A stretch of 64,000 bases of DNA. Origin: an uncultured Gammaproteobacteria bacterium. Lineage in GTDB: Bacteria > Patescibacteriota > Microgenomatia > JAMCZE01. Below the pieces are notes generated by a model. It was not told the DNA's origin. It saw only the letters and a program-made list of their open reading frames with translations, and made no database searches. Shown piece after piece: positions 48,151-56,845 of the stretch (the stretch's first letter is position 1; each line of letters starts with the position of its first letter). A program made the position numbers and the translations under genes. The stretch spans positions 294,795 to 358,794 of the forward strand of contig CAZNUP010000001.1 in assembly GCA_964576435.1 (NCBI GenBank), in the 5' to 3' direction.

Positions 48151-49277
48151 AGCTGCTTCTTATCGTCATTGCCCTATTTATATTATTAGTAGTTGTAATT
48201 TTTCAAACTCTACCCAGTTCTTTCTACAATCCTCAGTTTATTCCCCCAGGCGAACCTGGCGAGCTTATAAGTACTGAAAAGGTAACTGATTCAACCTATC
48301 GTATCCTTTATCATACTGAAAACTATTTGGGAGAACCGACCCTTTCCTCTGGTATGTTATATCTCCCAAAGGAAAAAATAACCAAGAACACTCCAATCAT
48401 TGCTTGGGCACATGGAACTGTGGGTTTGGGTCCCACCTGCGCTCCTTCCAAAGCAAAAAACCCTGGGGAACATATCCCTGGTCTTCAAGCTATGTTAGCA
48501 AATAATTGGGTTGTTGTTGCCACAGATTATGCTGGTCTTGGCACTGAAGGTGTCGAACGCTATTTAATTGGCAAAGATGAAGCTCATGATGTTTTAAATT
48601 CTGTCCGAGCTGTCAGGAATTTTTTTGGCGGTAAAATTTCTAACCGCTTCGCTCTATGGGGTCATTCTCAAGGCGGTCACGCTGTTATTTTTTCAGCAAA
48701 TTTAGCAAAATCTTATTCGCCAGAATTAAGTTTGGTTGCCGTTGCCGCCGCCGCTCCAGCAGTTGAACTAACACAACTTGTTAACGAACAGTTAGAAACT
48801 CCCGTAATTTGGGCAATTGGCCCAGAGATTGCAACTAGTTGGCCACTTGTTTATAAAAACCTAAATATTAAAGAAGTTTTGTCACCAGTTGCTTTCAAAA
48901 ACTACCAGCGGCTAAGTAATCAATGTATAGGTCGTGAAACCCTTGAAGCAATTGGTAGAAACTTTTTGGGCCAAAAGTTTTTCATAAAAAATCCAACTAA
49001 AATTCTAGCCTGGAGGAATGCACTTAATAATGAGACTCCTAAGCCAATATTAGAAACACCATTTCTTATCGTCCAAGGTGAGAAGGATTTGGTTGTTTTA
49101 CCAAATACAACAAGACATTTTATAGAGTCTTCCTGTAAAGCAGGATCAAATTTAAATGTTTTATGGTTTGATGCAGGTGGGCATTTGGATGTTCCTAATT
49201 TGGCTTCTCAAGATGTAGTATCTTGGTTTGCAAACAAATTTAAGGGTCTTCCTGAAACCAGCTCTTGCAATATTTAG
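48147..49277 (+). CDS. secreted lipase / alpha-beta hydrolase (LIP family)
   Basis: AHGTVG...CAPS, TDYAGLG, GHSQGG nucleophile elbow, QGEKD, GGH. Confidence 0.9.
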   Translation: MKLLLIVIALFILLVVVIFQTLPSSFYNPQFIPPGEPGELISTEKVTDSTYRILYHTENYLGEPTLSSGMLYLPKEKITKNTPIIAWAHGTVGLGPTCAPSKAKNPGEHIPGLQAMLANNWVVVATDYAGLGTEGVERYLIGKDEAHDVLNSVRAVRNFFGGKISNRFALWGHSQGGHAVIFSANLAKSYSPELSLVAVAAAAPAVELTQLVNEQLETPVIWAIGPEIATSWPLVYKNLNIKEVLSPVAFKNYQRLSNQCIGRETLEAIGRNFLGQKFFIKNPTKILAWRNALNNETPKPILETPFLIVQGEKDLVVLPNTTRHFIESSCKAGSNLNVLWFDAGGHLDVPNLASQDVVSWFANKFKGLPETSSCNI

Positions 49278-49327
49278 TCCAAACCCTATATATTGTGCCT
49301 ACACAAAAAAGTGAGGGGGTGGAAAAA

Positions 49328-49864
49328 ATGGACGAACAAAATACTCAAAATCAAGAAAATTCAAAAAGTTCCAATAAGATGTTAGTCCCAGTAGTAATTG
49401 GTGCGCTCATTATTCTTGCCGTGGTCGGCATTTTTGCCTATCAAGGAATGAAAGGATCTCAGCAAGCACCAACAGAAGTAACAGGAACCCCTACAGCCAT
49501 GGTGTCTGAATCTCCAACAGGAGTTATGACCCCAGAAGTATCGCCCGCAGGAACAGAAAGTGCCAGTCCTTATAAAGACGGAACCTATAAAGCAACTGGT
49601 GAATACACAACACCAGGTGGTACAAGAGAAGTTGATGTAACACTAACTATTAAAAATGGTGTAGTTACAGACACAACCTTCACTGGTCATGCAACCGATC
49701 CAAATTCCAAGAGATTCCAAGGTGAATTTGCTGATGGCTACAAAGTCTTAGTTGTTGGTAAATCAGTTGATGGAATTACTTTGACTAAAGTTTCTGGATC
49801 ATCCCTAACACCAAAAGGCTTTAATGATGCAGTCACAAAAATCAAAGCTGAAGCGCAAGCTTAA
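49328..49864 (+). CDS. membrane-anchored FMN-binding (flavinylation target) protein
   Basis: SD-like GAGGGGGTGG before ATG 49328; TM, T/P/S-rich stalk, YKDGTY, VSGSSLT flavinylation-type motif; adjacent to apbE. Confidence 0.85.
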   Translation: MDEQNTQNQENSKSSNKMLVPVVIGALIILAVVGIFAYQGMKGSQQAPTEVTGTPTAMVSESPTGVMTPEVSPAGTESASPYKDGTYKATGEYTTPGGTREVDVTLTIKNGVVTDTTFTGHATDPNSKRFQGEFADGYKVLVVGKSVDGITLTKVSGSSLTPKGFNDAVTKIKAEAQA

Positions 49865-50690
49865 GTTTGAAGCAATTGGTACGGGTTGGGAAATAGATTA
49901 CACCGGTCTAGATATGGAGCGTAACATTCTGGACCGGATTGATGAGTTCGATAAAACCTTTTCTCGTTTTCGTCCCGATTCCCTTGTTTCAAAAATGTCC
50001 AAAAAGGCTGGGGTTTATAAAATGCCAGCTGATGGTTGGACAATGCTTTCCTTCTATAAAGACCTCTATGACCAAACTGATGGCTTGGTAACTCCGTTGA
50101 TCGGCAATGTTTTAGAACAAGCCGGTTATGATGCTTCATATTCTTTAAAAGAAAAAACCATTGAAAAACCGCTTTCCTGGGATGAAGCACTAGAAATAAC
50201 TAAGGAAACTATAACTATTAAAAAGCCGGTTCTTTTAGATTTTGGAGCTGCCGGTAAAGGCTATTTAATTGATATTGTTGGTGATTTATTAAAAAATAGC
50301 GGAGTGAGTTCTTTTTCAATTGATGCAGGCGGCGATATCTTGCTTTCAAATTTTGACTCAACGATTGGGTTAGAAAATCCAAGAGATGCGTCTCAAGTTA
50401 TTGGGACAGTAAAGTTGTCAAATGGCAGTATCGCGGGTTCTAGTGGCAACCGTAGAAATTGGGGTAAGTTTCACCATATAATAAATCCACAAACGCTTAA
50501 ATCAACGGAAGATGTAGAAGCTGTTTGGACTATTGGAAATTCAGCAATGTTGGCAGATGGATTAAGTACTTGTCTATTTTTTGTAGATGCGAAAAAAATG
50601 TCATTCAATTTTGAATACCTGATTCTTTATTCAGATTTCACAGTCAAAAAGTCAAATAATTTTCCAGGAGAAATTTATGAAGCTAGTTGA
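49824..50690 (+). CDS. apbE: FAD:protein FMN transferase
   Basis: AIGT, FSRFRPDS, DFGAAGKGY..D, DAGGD, HHIINP, ADGLST. Confidence 0.92.
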   Translation: MMQSQKSKLKRKLKFEAIGTGWEIDYTGLDMERNILDRIDEFDKTFSRFRPDSLVSKMSKKAGVYKMPADGWTMLSFYKDLYDQTDGLVTPLIGNVLEQAGYDASYSLKEKTIEKPLSWDEALEITKETITIKKPVLLDFGAAGKGYLIDIVGDLLKNSGVSSFSIDAGGDILLSNFDSTIGLENPRDASQVIGTVKLSNGSIAGSSGNRRNWGKFHHIINPQTLKSTEDVEAVWTIGNSAMLADGLSTCLFFVDAKKMSFNFEYLILYSDFTVKKSNNFPGEIYEAS

Positions 50691-52122
50691 TAAATTTCTA
50701 AACGAGACCGCGATGTACTATTTAGTATTGCGAGGCCTTGCGGGGTTAGCAGCTCTCTCTATCCTTTTTGGTTTTTTAAATCTCCTCCCATTCAGTGGTC
50801 TTCAGTTTATTGTCACCTTTGGCTTATTAGCAGTTTCTTGCTATTTCACAAACCTTTTAATCTCTAAAATTTTGAAGACCCCAATAAATAGAGAATCGTC
50901 CTTGATAACTGCTTTAATTTTGTTTTTCATCATGGCCCCGGTTAAAGATCTTCAAGATGTTGAAGTAACAATCTTGGCTGGCATCATAGCAATGCTGTCG
51001 AAATACGTTTTTGCCATTCACAAAAAACATATTTTTAATCCAGCTGCAATTTCCGCGGTAATTTTAGGACTCCTTGGCTTTGGCAACGAGATCTGGTGGG
51101 TTGGTAGCGCCATTCTTTTGCCATTTGTTCTAGTCATGGGACTCTTGATAGTTAGAAAAGTAAGAAAATTTTCAATGGTTCTAACTTTTATAGCTACTGC
51201 TCTAATAGCAATTGCCATTTTTAATCCCTTAGAAATTGTCCTTCAAGCATTTACTTCATGGCCATTAATTTTCTTTGGAACAGTGATGTTAACCGAGCCA
51301 CAAACAACACCTCCTCATAGGAAGTTGCAAATGATTTATGGTGGGCTGGTAGGTTTATTATTTGGTTCCCAGTTTGCCTTTGGACCAGTCTATTCTTCTC
51401 CAGAGTTAGCATTGGTAATTGGAAATATTTTCTCATTTGTTGTAAGTCCTAAAGAAAAACTATTCTTAAAATTAAAAACAAAAACTGAACTAGCTCCAGG
51501 AGTTTGGGAATTTTCTTTCCCAGGAAAGCTAAATTTTGAACCAGGGCAGTACATGGAATGGACTCTTCCAGAAAAAAAATCTGACAATCGGGGAAACAGA
51601 CGATCATTTAGTATTGCTTCAAGTCCAGAGGAATCGGAGATAAAAATTGCAGTTCGTATGGCTAAGGAGAAGGGGAGTACCTTCAAAAATGCACTTTTAA
51701 ATATGAATCCGGGTGATCAAATACTTGCCGGAGGATTATCTGGTGATTTTGTTTTACCAAAAGACAAAAACAAAAAAGTAGTTTTCATTGCAGGTGGCAT
51801 TGGAATAACCCCTTTTAGAAGTATTGTTAAATCTCTCGCAGATAAAAAAGAAACTAGAGATATAACACTTTTCTATTCTGTAGCTGATGATAAGGACTTA
51901 ATTTACAAAGACATTTTTAAATCCGTAAAATTTATTCCAATAAATACAACTAAGCAAGGTTTTATAACAGAAGAAATGATTAAAAAGGAAGTCCCTGATT
52001 TTAAAGATCGAACATTTTATATTTCAGGTCCACCAGTTATGGTCGATTCCTATAAAGCTTTAGTTAAAAAATTAGGAGTTTCTTCAAGAAATATTATCAC
52101 CGACTTCTTCTCTGGTTATTAA
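50677..52122 (+). CDS. NqrB/RnfD-like membrane domain fused to an FNR-type FAD/NAD(P)-binding oxidoreductase
   Basis: KHIFNPAA, MLTEPQTTP; then PGQY, RRSFSIAS, AGGIGITP, YISGPP. Confidence 0.88.
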   Translation: MKLVDKFLNETAMYYLVLRGLAGLAALSILFGFLNLLPFSGLQFIVTFGLLAVSCYFTNLLISKILKTPINRESSLITALILFFIMAPVKDLQDVEVTILAGIIAMLSKYVFAIHKKHIFNPAAISAVILGLLGFGNEIWWVGSAILLPFVLVMGLLIVRKVRKFSMVLTFIATALIAIAIFNPLEIVLQAFTSWPLIFFGTVMLTEPQTTPPHRKLQMIYGGLVGLLFGSQFAFGPVYSSPELALVIGNIFSFVVSPKEKLFLKLKTKTELAPGVWEFSFPGKLNFEPGQYMEWTLPEKKSDNRGNRRSFSIASSPEESEIKIAVRMAKEKGSTFKNALLNMNPGDQILAGGLSGDFVLPKDKNKKVVFIAGGIGITPFRSIVKSLADKKETRDITLFYSVADDKDLIYKDIFKSVKFIPINTTKQGFITEEMIKKEVPDFKDRTFYISGPPVMVDSYKALVKKLGVSSRNIITDFFSGY

Positions 52123-52661
52123 AATTTGAGTTCTAAAATATCGTTTAAAGCTATTCCAATTTCTCTATAAATACTTTGGACGTCCAAGTCGCCAACATCT
52201 TTCCCTAAAAGTCCAAGAAGTTCTAAGCCTTTTTGCACATTTTCCAAACTATCAGATTCGACTTCCAAATAAGGTTTAATCTTTGGCCATGTAGCTATTG
52301 TAAATTCAATATTGTCGATTTTAAAAACATGCATTTTATTTTCCTGGTAAAGAACTTTTTCAAAAGGGGCTTTTCCAAGTATTTCTGATGCTTTTTTAAA
52401 GTCACTAACCTCAACTTCAATTTCTATTGTTCGTCCTATTTCAGTCTTTGTCTCACTTTTTCTCTTAAAGGTCATTGTGGTTTTTCCGTCACCTTCTCTT
52501 AAGCGAATAAATTCGTGTTTCCCAAGTCCAATATCAAATACTCTCCGTCTTGCCAAAAATTCTGGAGTCTCCAAAGCTCCAAGTTCTCGAAGTTTGTTGG
52601 CTATCTCATTTGGGTCAATATTCAAAACTTTAGTCTCGAATTCATTTATAGCTGCTTGCAT
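52119..52661 (-). CDS. CYTH-domain protein (class IV adenylate cyclase-like)
   Basis: EFETK (ExExK), IRLR, EIEV, YLEVE. Confidence 0.85.
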   Translation of the reverse strand: MQAAINEFETKVLNIDPNEIANKLRELGALETPEFLARRRVFDIGLGKHEFIRLREGDGKTTMTFKRKSETKTEIGRTIEIEVEVSDFKKASEILGKAPFEKVLYQENKMHVFKIDNIEFTIATWPKIKPYLEVESDSLENVQKGLELLGLLGKDVGDLDVQSIYREIGIALNDILELKF

Positions 52662-52699
52662 GTATTTATTATATCTCTCATTTGGTATTTAATTAACTT

Positions 52700-53356
52700 A
52701 TGGGAAAGGCACTGTTAGGAATTTTAGGAATTCTTCTTGTCTTGTCAGTTGGTCTTAATATTTTTCAATTTACAAAAAAACAATCTCCAGCTGCCCCAGT
52801 TTTACCAACATACAAGGTATTAGGTGTTTATGATGGGGACACTTTTATAATTGAAGGTAAAAGAAAAGTTAGATTAAGGCAAGTTCTTGCTCCGGAGTTA
52901 AACCTCTGTGGTGGTAAAGAGGCAAAACTAGCTTTAGAAAAGATAATTGAAGGTAAGTCAGTGCGAATTGAAAATCAAATCCCTGATAATTATGGCCGGG
53001 ATATGGGAGTAATCTTTGAGGGCGACACCAATGTTAACAAAGAGTTAATCAAGTCAGGAGTTGTCCGCTACTATCATGATGTAACTCCGTACAATGCTGA
53101 GTTTAAAGAATTACAAAATGCTGCAGAGAAAAACCAACTAGGAATTTTTGGAAGCTGTGAATCAAAAACGCCAAAAGATTCTAAATGCATTATTAAAGGC
53201 AATATTCGTGCTGGAAAAAATACTCACATTTACTATCTTCCAACTTGCGCTCAATATAAAACAGCGATTATTTCTGAGGATTTAGGCGAACATTGGTTTT
53301 GTTCTGAAAAAGAAGCAAAGTCCATGGGATACGTTAAAGCGGAAACTTGTAAATGA
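52700..53356 (+). CDS. membrane-anchored thermonuclease (SNase) with C-terminal Cys-rich domain
   Basis: YDGDTF, VRL..V.APE, DNYGR; CIIKGNI...YYLPTC...WFCSE.EA. Confidence 0.9.
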   Translation: MGKALLGILGILLVLSVGLNIFQFTKKQSPAAPVLPTYKVLGVYDGDTFIIEGKRKVRLRQVLAPELNLCGGKEAKLALEKIIEGKSVRIENQIPDNYGRDMGVIFEGDTNVNKELIKSGVVRYYHDVTPYNAEFKELQNAAEKNQLGIFGSCESKTPKDSKCIIKGNIRAGKNTHIYYLPTCAQYKTAIISEDLGEHWFCSEKEAKSMGYVKAETCK

Positions 53357-53369
53357 TAAAATTAGCTAT

Positions 53370-54110
53370 ATGTCAGAAAATGGCGGGTTTCTCAAAAGAT
53401 TCTTCGGGTCTAGGACAGTAGCAGAGAGGGTGGCAGCAAAAGAGGAAAGATTTCTTAAAGGTCAAACCTACAACCAATGGGGTATTTATGATACTCCTGT
53501 ATCAGGTTACGAAGATGAATTCAAAGAAATCCTGGGGGAAAATTTTGGACAATTTTTAACAGAAAGATTGAAAACAAGATCAAACATTTTTGCTCTTGAC
53601 GTTATGGGGACTGCAAATTTTTCTCGAAACTACAGACTAGACGGAGAAGTGAATGTAACTTTAGTGGACAATAGAACAGAAGAAGATAAGATAGTCGACC
53701 TGACTAAAAATAGAGTTGTAATTGGTGGGGATGTACTAAAGGGCTCTACTTGGAAAGCCGTGCAGGATTTTATAAAGCAGAATGATTCTGAGAAGGAAAA
53801 AGGTTTTGATCTAGCTGTCTGTCGACCTATTTTTGGATGGCATGTAGTAATGGATAAGGATATCCATGGCAATTATGGAAGGAAGATTGAACAGATTTTG
53901 ATTGACAAAATGGTGTCATGTCTCCACTCTAATGGTGGAACATTAGTCGCAATAATGGCATTGGAAGGTTACGATTATCGCGATTGGTTTAATTTGCTAA
54001 ATTCGACAAACGGAATTTCTGCTTCAGGGAACGAGGCTACCGTAAAAATAACTAGAACGCAAAAAACAATTGGGAAAATTCCAAGCATACCTCCACCCAA
54101 AAGATTATAA
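53370..54110 (+). CDS. hypothetical protein, possible degenerate Rossmann methyltransferase fold
   Basis: ALDVMG, GDV, FDLAVC, L..GG.L spaced like class I MTase motifs but without GxGxG. Confidence 0.65.
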   Translation: MSENGGFLKRFFGSRTVAERVAAKEERFLKGQTYNQWGIYDTPVSGYEDEFKEILGENFGQFLTERLKTRSNIFALDVMGTANFSRNYRLDGEVNVTLVDNRTEEDKIVDLTKNRVVIGGDVLKGSTWKAVQDFIKQNDSEKEKGFDLAVCRPIFGWHVVMDKDIHGNYGRKIEQILIDKMVSCLHSNGGTLVAIMALEGYDYRDWFNLLNSTNGISASGNEATVKITRTQKTIGKIPSIPPPKRL

Positions 54111-54112
54111 AC

Positions 54113-54268
54113 ATGAAAACCAATAAGAGCTGGCATACAAAAAACAGAATGCCAAAGAATGCAACACTTGAACAAAGAGTTAAATGGCACTTTGCTCATG
54201 CAAAAAATTGTGCCTGCCGTCCTATTCCAGATTCAATTAAAGAAGAATTGAAGAAAAAGGCTATTTAA
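54113..54268 (+). CDS. small 51-aa His/Cys-motif protein
   Basis: Below the ORF-track cut-off: MKTNKSWHTKNRMPKNATLEQRVKWHFAHAKNCACRPIPDSIKEELKKKAI; fills the gap between two genes exactly. Confidence 0.7.
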   Translation: MKTNKSWHTKNRMPKNATLEQRVKWHFAHAKNCACRPIPDSIKEELKKKAI

Positions 54269-54467
54269 TTAAGGTTTCCTTGTAAACGTCTCCCTTTTTA
54301 GTATAAGTTGTCCACTTTCCAACTTGTTTTCCCTTTTCAAAATATCCAGATCTCATCTTAGTTCCGTCTTTTCTAAACCACTCCCAGTACCCATTTGGAG
54401 TTTCGCCTACCATCTGACCCCTTGCCCAAATGCTTCCATCCTTGTGATATACGCTATGCTTCTTCAT
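54261..54467 (-). CDS. small MORN-variant repeat protein (YwqK-like)
   Basis: Repeats YHKDGS...G.W.WFRKDGT...G.F..GKQVGKWTTY. Confidence 0.8.
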   Translation of the reverse strand: MKKHSVYHKDGSIWARGQMVGETPNGYWEWFRKDGTKMRSGYFEKGKQVGKWTTYTKKGDVYKETLIK

Positions 54468-54506
54468 TGGAGATAATTATATGTAGTTGGTTTTAAAAAA
54501 ACGAGA

Positions 54507-54995
54507 CTATTTACTCTGGTAAGCTTTCTCAAGTTTGGAAATAATTATTTTCTTCATGGGGAAAAAGACTTTGAAAACATTTTCTCTTTGTTTTTCTGAC
54601 CCTTCCTTAAGCATTGTATCTAAAATCTTTGGAGTAATTTGCCAAGAAAGACCATACTTGTCTTGTAACCATCCACATTGTTCGGACTCAGGAACACTAG
54701 ACAACTTTTTCCAGTAATAATCAATCTCTTCCTGGTCTTTACATTCAACCATAAAAGATGTGGACGGATTAAATTTAAATTCAGGTCCCGCGTTTATTGC
54801 AATGAAGTTAGTGTCTAAAAGGGTGAATTCTATAGTTAAAATATCTCCCTTTTTGTGTCCGGTAATTTCTTCTCCAACACTTGGGTAGTAGTCAATATGA
54901 GTTATTTTCCCGTCTTTAAAAACAGAGAGGTAAAAATCAATTGCTTCTTTAGCATTATTATTAAACCAAAGGTTAGGAGTAATTTGTTGGGCCAT
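54507..54995 (-). CDS. VOC-family protein (PhnB / 3-demethylubiquinone-9 methyltransferase-like)
   Basis: ITPNLWF, NAGPEFKFNPSTSF, EQCGWLQDKYGLSWQI. Confidence 0.9.
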   Translation of the reverse strand: MAQQITPNLWFNNNAKEAIDFYLSVFKDGKITHIDYYPSVGEEITGHKKGDILTIEFTLLDTNFIAINAGPEFKFNPSTSFMVECKDQEEIDYYWKKLSSVPESEQCGWLQDKYGLSWQITPKILDTMLKEGSEKQRENVFKVFFPMKKIIISKLEKAYQSK

Positions 54996-55049
54996 AATAT
55001 TATTTTATCAGTAAATTGCAGTCTAACTCAATATATTTAAAATTATGTT

Positions 55050-55493
55050 TCATTCCAATCTTTTCATAAAAAAAGATTTTTCTCCTTCAGTTTTATATTC
55101 TGTGAAACCATTTTTTAAAACAAAATTATACATACCTGGAAATCTGGATTTATAAGTATTAAGTGTCAGGGTTTCAAAATTTTCTTTAGTTGCAAACTTT
55201 TTTATTTCCTCGTACATCATCTTCCATATTCCATGTCTTCGATATTCTTCCAAGACACCAACGTTCCATATGTGGAACGTTTCATGTTTTGAATAGCAAA
55301 TTGAAAAACCTATTATTTTGTCTCCGTCCCATGCAGTAACCAACAGCCCGTGATTATTTATTTTGTCGATCCAGTCGTCTTTATTGTGATATTTTTTATT
55401 TTCTTCTGGTGAAGGTGTAAATATTTTATATGAAAGGGCTAATACCTCATCTATGTCTTCAACTTTGTTCAGATGAATATTGGCCTTAGTCAT
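55050..55493 (-). CDS. GNAT-family N-acetyltransferase
   Basis: VGVLEEYRRHGI motif A, LNT, F..KNGF. Confidence 0.85.
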   Translation of the reverse strand: MTKANIHLNKVEDIDEVLALSYKIFTPSPEENKKYHNKDDWIDKINNHGLLVTAWDGDKIIGFSICYSKHETFHIWNVGVLEEYRRHGIWKMMYEEIKKFATKENFETLTLNTYKSRFPGMYNFVLKNGFTEYKTEGEKSFFMKRLE

Positions 55494-55495
55494 AG

Positions 55496-55566
55496 CTGCG
55501 GGACTTGGATTCGAACCAAGATGAATAGATTCAGAGTCTACTATCCTACCATTAGATGATCCCGCA
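55496..55566 (-). tRNA. tRNA-Gln(CTG)
   Basis: TGCGGGA/TCCCGCA acceptor stem, anticodon arm GTAGA-CTCTGAA-TCTAT, T loop TTCGAAT; CCA not encoded. Confidence 0.95.
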
Positions 55567-55592
55567 CTGTCTCCATTTTATCAGAGCTAAGA

Positions 55593-55910
55593 TCATTTTT
55601 TCTTAGAACGCTTAATTTCAGAAAGAATTGCCCTTTTTGTTTTCTCAGCTCTTATCCTTATTTCTTCATGTACTTCAACACTTACATATTCAAGAAGTTT
55701 CTTATCGTGAGGTGACTTATGCATTTTTTCCAAAAACTCTTTGTGTTTTTCAGGTGGAATGCTAGTTAAAATGACATCCATCACTTCAAGATGAATTGTC
55801 TCGTCAGCAAGTCTTAGAATTTCAATATGTTCGCCAACAGTCAAGTCATACCATTTAAGTTCTTGGACTATTTCTTCACGTATTACTAAGTGGTCGTAAA
55901 AAAGTTTCAT
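55593..55910 (-). CDS. hypothetical protein
   Basis: 105-aa helical ORF with ATGA overlap to the upstream gene. Confidence 0.75.
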   Translation of the reverse strand: MKLFYDHLVIREEIVQELKWYDLTVGEHIEILRLADETIHLEVMDVILTSIPPEKHKEFLEKMHKSPHDKKLLEYVSVEVHEEIRIRAEKTKRAILSEIKRSKKK

Positions 55911-56845
55911 ACTTTTGTAGCTAGCAGTTTTTTATTCCTATCAATATTGTATTCCAAAGGACCAAGTTTAATTTCTTTATTTGGATCATCTAGGAAGAAA
56001 AGAATGACTGGATGATTTTGCATTCCATAGTTCACGTTGAGGTATTTCATAACCTCAGGTGATCCACCAAATTTTTTTCCAGTAAATTCGGACGGTCCCG
56101 CATCAGCAATTGCAGCGACAACAGCCTTTCCATTTGCTGGGTTTACAACGACAACCCGTCGATATTTATACCAGTCACGTAGGTACGCTGTATTGGTGTT
56201 CCAATCTGGAAGATATAAAGTTTGAACAGCAACGTACCACTTTTCAGTTTCATATAATTCAGGTGTCATTTCTTCCTTTGAATATGCAAAATAGCCCCAT
56301 GCTCCGCGTCCCGGCGTTTGTCCTTTTTCTTGCAGTTCATCGTGTTGATAAATAGTGTCTCCTGGGTAACGGGGGAGATGCTGTTCTGCTCCCATTCTTC
56401 CATAGCTATTATTAAGTCTATTTCCATCCAGTTCAGCTACAGCATGAACTCCATAAATTTTTTGGATTTGTTCACTAATTTCTTTTTCCTGTTCTTTAGA
56501 TAGTTGCCAACTTCCATCTTTTGGCAAAAGTGTTTCTAGATCTTTAGTCAAATCCAGTTGTGAGAGCGCAAAAGCCACAGACTCATTTTTAAGTGGTGCT
56601 AAGTTGTGAATTTGAGGGACTGCCGCATGTTGAGACAAAAGAAGTGAACCAGCTAATGCACCTGAAGAAATTATTCTTGCGGCATGTTCTCTAAATTTTC
56701 CAGGACGAAAACCCTTTTCTTCGTAAAATTCTGAAGCAATTGGGTGCCTCTTTCGAAGTTTCGTTTCACTTTCTTGGCTTCTAATCCGAAGCCTGTTTCT
56801 AAGTTGTTCAGAGTTTAACTCTGTGACTTTTTTTCGGGCAGACAT
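55907..56845 (-). CDS. hypothetical protein with C-terminal RlpA-like double-psi beta-barrel (possible cell-wall enzyme)
   Basis: RRVVVVNPANGKAVVAAIADAGP resembles the DPBB V.V.N..NG..V...I.D.GP motif. Confidence 0.6.
   Translation of the reverse strand: MSARKKVTELNSEQLRNRLRIRSQESETKLRKRHPIASEFYEEKGFRPGKFREHAARIISSGALAGSLLLSQHAAVPQIHNLAPLKNESVAFALSQLDLTKDLETLLPKDGSWQLSKEQEKEISEQIQKIYGVHAVAELDGNRLNNSYGRMGAEQHLPRYPGDTIYQHDELQEKGQTPGRGAWGYFAYSKEEMTPELYETEKWYVAVQTLYLPDWNTNTAYLRDWYKYRRVVVVNPANGKAVVAAIADAGPSEFTGKKFGGSPEVMKYLNVNYGMQNHPVILFFLDDPNKEIKLGPLEYNIDRNKKLLATKV

Noticed and set aside
54261-54467. YwqK-like protein as the antitoxin of a toxin-antitoxin pair
   Set aside because: No recognisable toxin gene is co-transcribed; the MORN-variant repeat alone does not imply a TA system.
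52119-55495. Cluster of small accessory genes downstream of tRNA-Gln as a genomic island
   Set aside because: No integrase and no duplicated tRNA 3' end found by eye; mobility is unsupported.
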